From positions 18,004,560 to 18,068,559 of the forward strand of contig NC_134027.1 of assembly GCF_964204645.1 (NCBI RefSeq): a stretch of 64,000 bases of DNA. Reading direction: 5' to 3'. Below the pieces are notes generated by a model. It had not been told where the DNA came from. It searched no databases and saw only the letters and a program-made list of their open reading frames with translations. The stretch is from Tubulanus polymorphus (taxonomy: Eukaryota; Animalia; Nemertea). Below are positions 62,705 through 64,000 of this stretch, one piece after another. How positions within the stretch are numbered: position 1 is the first letter of the stretch; each line of letters begins with the position of its first letter. The translations under genes and the position numbers were made by a program.

Positions 62705-63040
62705 TCAAAAAAAATTATTATCTTCAAAATATTTAGTTAACCTAGTTATAATTATTTCAACATGTATTTCATAACTACTTTCATGATTATCATATATTTT
62801 AGATAATATGTTTTTAATATCATCAATAATTCCATCCTCATTTAATTCATAATATTCTAAAGATGTTTTAATCAAATCAATTACTTTTTCTATATTATAA
62901 TTTTCTTTATTAATCATTGATGCATTATTAAATGATTTACTTTTAAGATCAGTAATTACATCATTTAGTTTAACTCTAATTTCTTTACCATGTTTAAAAT
63001 CAAATCCAAAACATATACTCGGTCCTACTGTTATATTCAT
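62705..63040 (-). CDS. Maverick hypothetical protein (MNITVGPS family)
   Basis: Homolog of 39015-39371. Confidence 0.65.
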   Translation of the reverse strand: MNITVGPSICFGFDFKHGKEIRVKLNDVITDLKSKSFNNASMINKENYNIEKVIDLIKTSLEYYELNEDGIIDDIKNILSKIYDNHESSYEIHVEIIITRLTKYFEDNNFF

Positions 63041-63056
63041 TTATATAATGAAAAAT

Positions 63057-63798
63057 TTATTCTTTACATCTTATAACTAATTCATAAATTACAGGAAAAT
63101 TATTTAAATCAATGAAGTACCCATTATGATTTCTTATTTCTAATCTAAAATAATTAAATTTTGGAATACAAGGTTTGAAATCACATTCAGCTAAATTATA
63201 ATTTATTTGTGTTCCAAATTGTTTAACACTTTTTTTGTGGTAAACTATTTAATATACTAGAATTACAAATTGTATCTTTAGTTGCTTCGAAAGTTTTTAC
63301 GGGTTCAATTAAATTGCAATAAATATATAAGAGTGTAAAAGGCATTAAGTTTGGTGTAGCTTCGGCATTACGTATCCTTACAACAGTTTAGCTATAGGTT
63401 TTTTAACCACAAATTGATGTTCATCATTAGCTAACTTTATTCTTACTTTATTATTGATATCACTTTTTAAAAATATAATTCCAAATCCAACCGACCATCC
63501 CATTTTTAATCGAGCTCTTTTTTTAATTTTCTTGCGCTAATGTTTCTAAATTATGTAATCCAGGTTTTAAAAATAGATGATACCATTTATTCAAATTTCT
63601 AGCATGAACTAAAAAAGCTAAATGATCAAGACTATTATTCGATATATTGTAAAAAGAATTACATAAACTTACATTTACTAATTTTAAATCAACACAATTC
63701 TTATATTCTCTATCTAATTGTACTAGTAAATTATGAGATATATAATTTGTAAGTCTTCTTGAATCAACAAATATTCTATATTCTTTTAATTCTACCAT
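63057..63798 (-). pseudogene. Minor capsid protein (disrupted)
   Basis: Homolog of 39388-40146. Confidence 0.7.
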
Positions 63799-64000
63799 TT
63801 ATTTTACATATTTTATTCGAAATCTATATCATGGTGCCCTTTTTCATTCTTACCTTTATATATGAAATAGAAATCACCTGAACATAATTCTTCTAAATCT
63901 TCACTTGATAATCTATGAAATCTATCTGGTAAATTTGTTCTGAATTTGTATTTATTTCCTTTCAATCCTTCATAAGTGGATAACTAATTTATCTCCATAT

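Overview
AT-rich eukaryotic, probably invertebrate, genomic window dominated by a cluster of five related Maverick/Polinton (adintovirus-like) elements, mostly decayed. A (1-6603) is partial. B (7903-22700) has both ends and a TATATC target-site duplication (TSD). E (22808-26685) is a small non-autonomous element with a TACCTG TSD. C (~28340-45036) has the fullest gene set but no left end. D (~53020-64000) is chimeric and runs off the window. B and E both sit about 100 bp apart in the tyrosine recombinase gene of a DIRS/Ngaro-type retroelement, and removing them restores the reading frame. Host repeats (a tRNA-derived SINE and Helentron-like non-autonomous elements) fill 45-53 kb and interrupt D. 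The most notable observations are: (1) a LAGLIDADG-containing intein in the motif C site of B's protein-primed PolB, with an intein-free allele in C; (2) ~190-bp terminal palindromes whose two arms change together between elements; (3) a 27-bp GC-rich palindromic in-frame insert found in two unrelated genes; (4) a poxvirus-late-like T-run...TAAATG motif before many genes; (5) a conserved non-coding hairpin block shared by four elements. All calls come from reading the sequence by eye; no searches were run.
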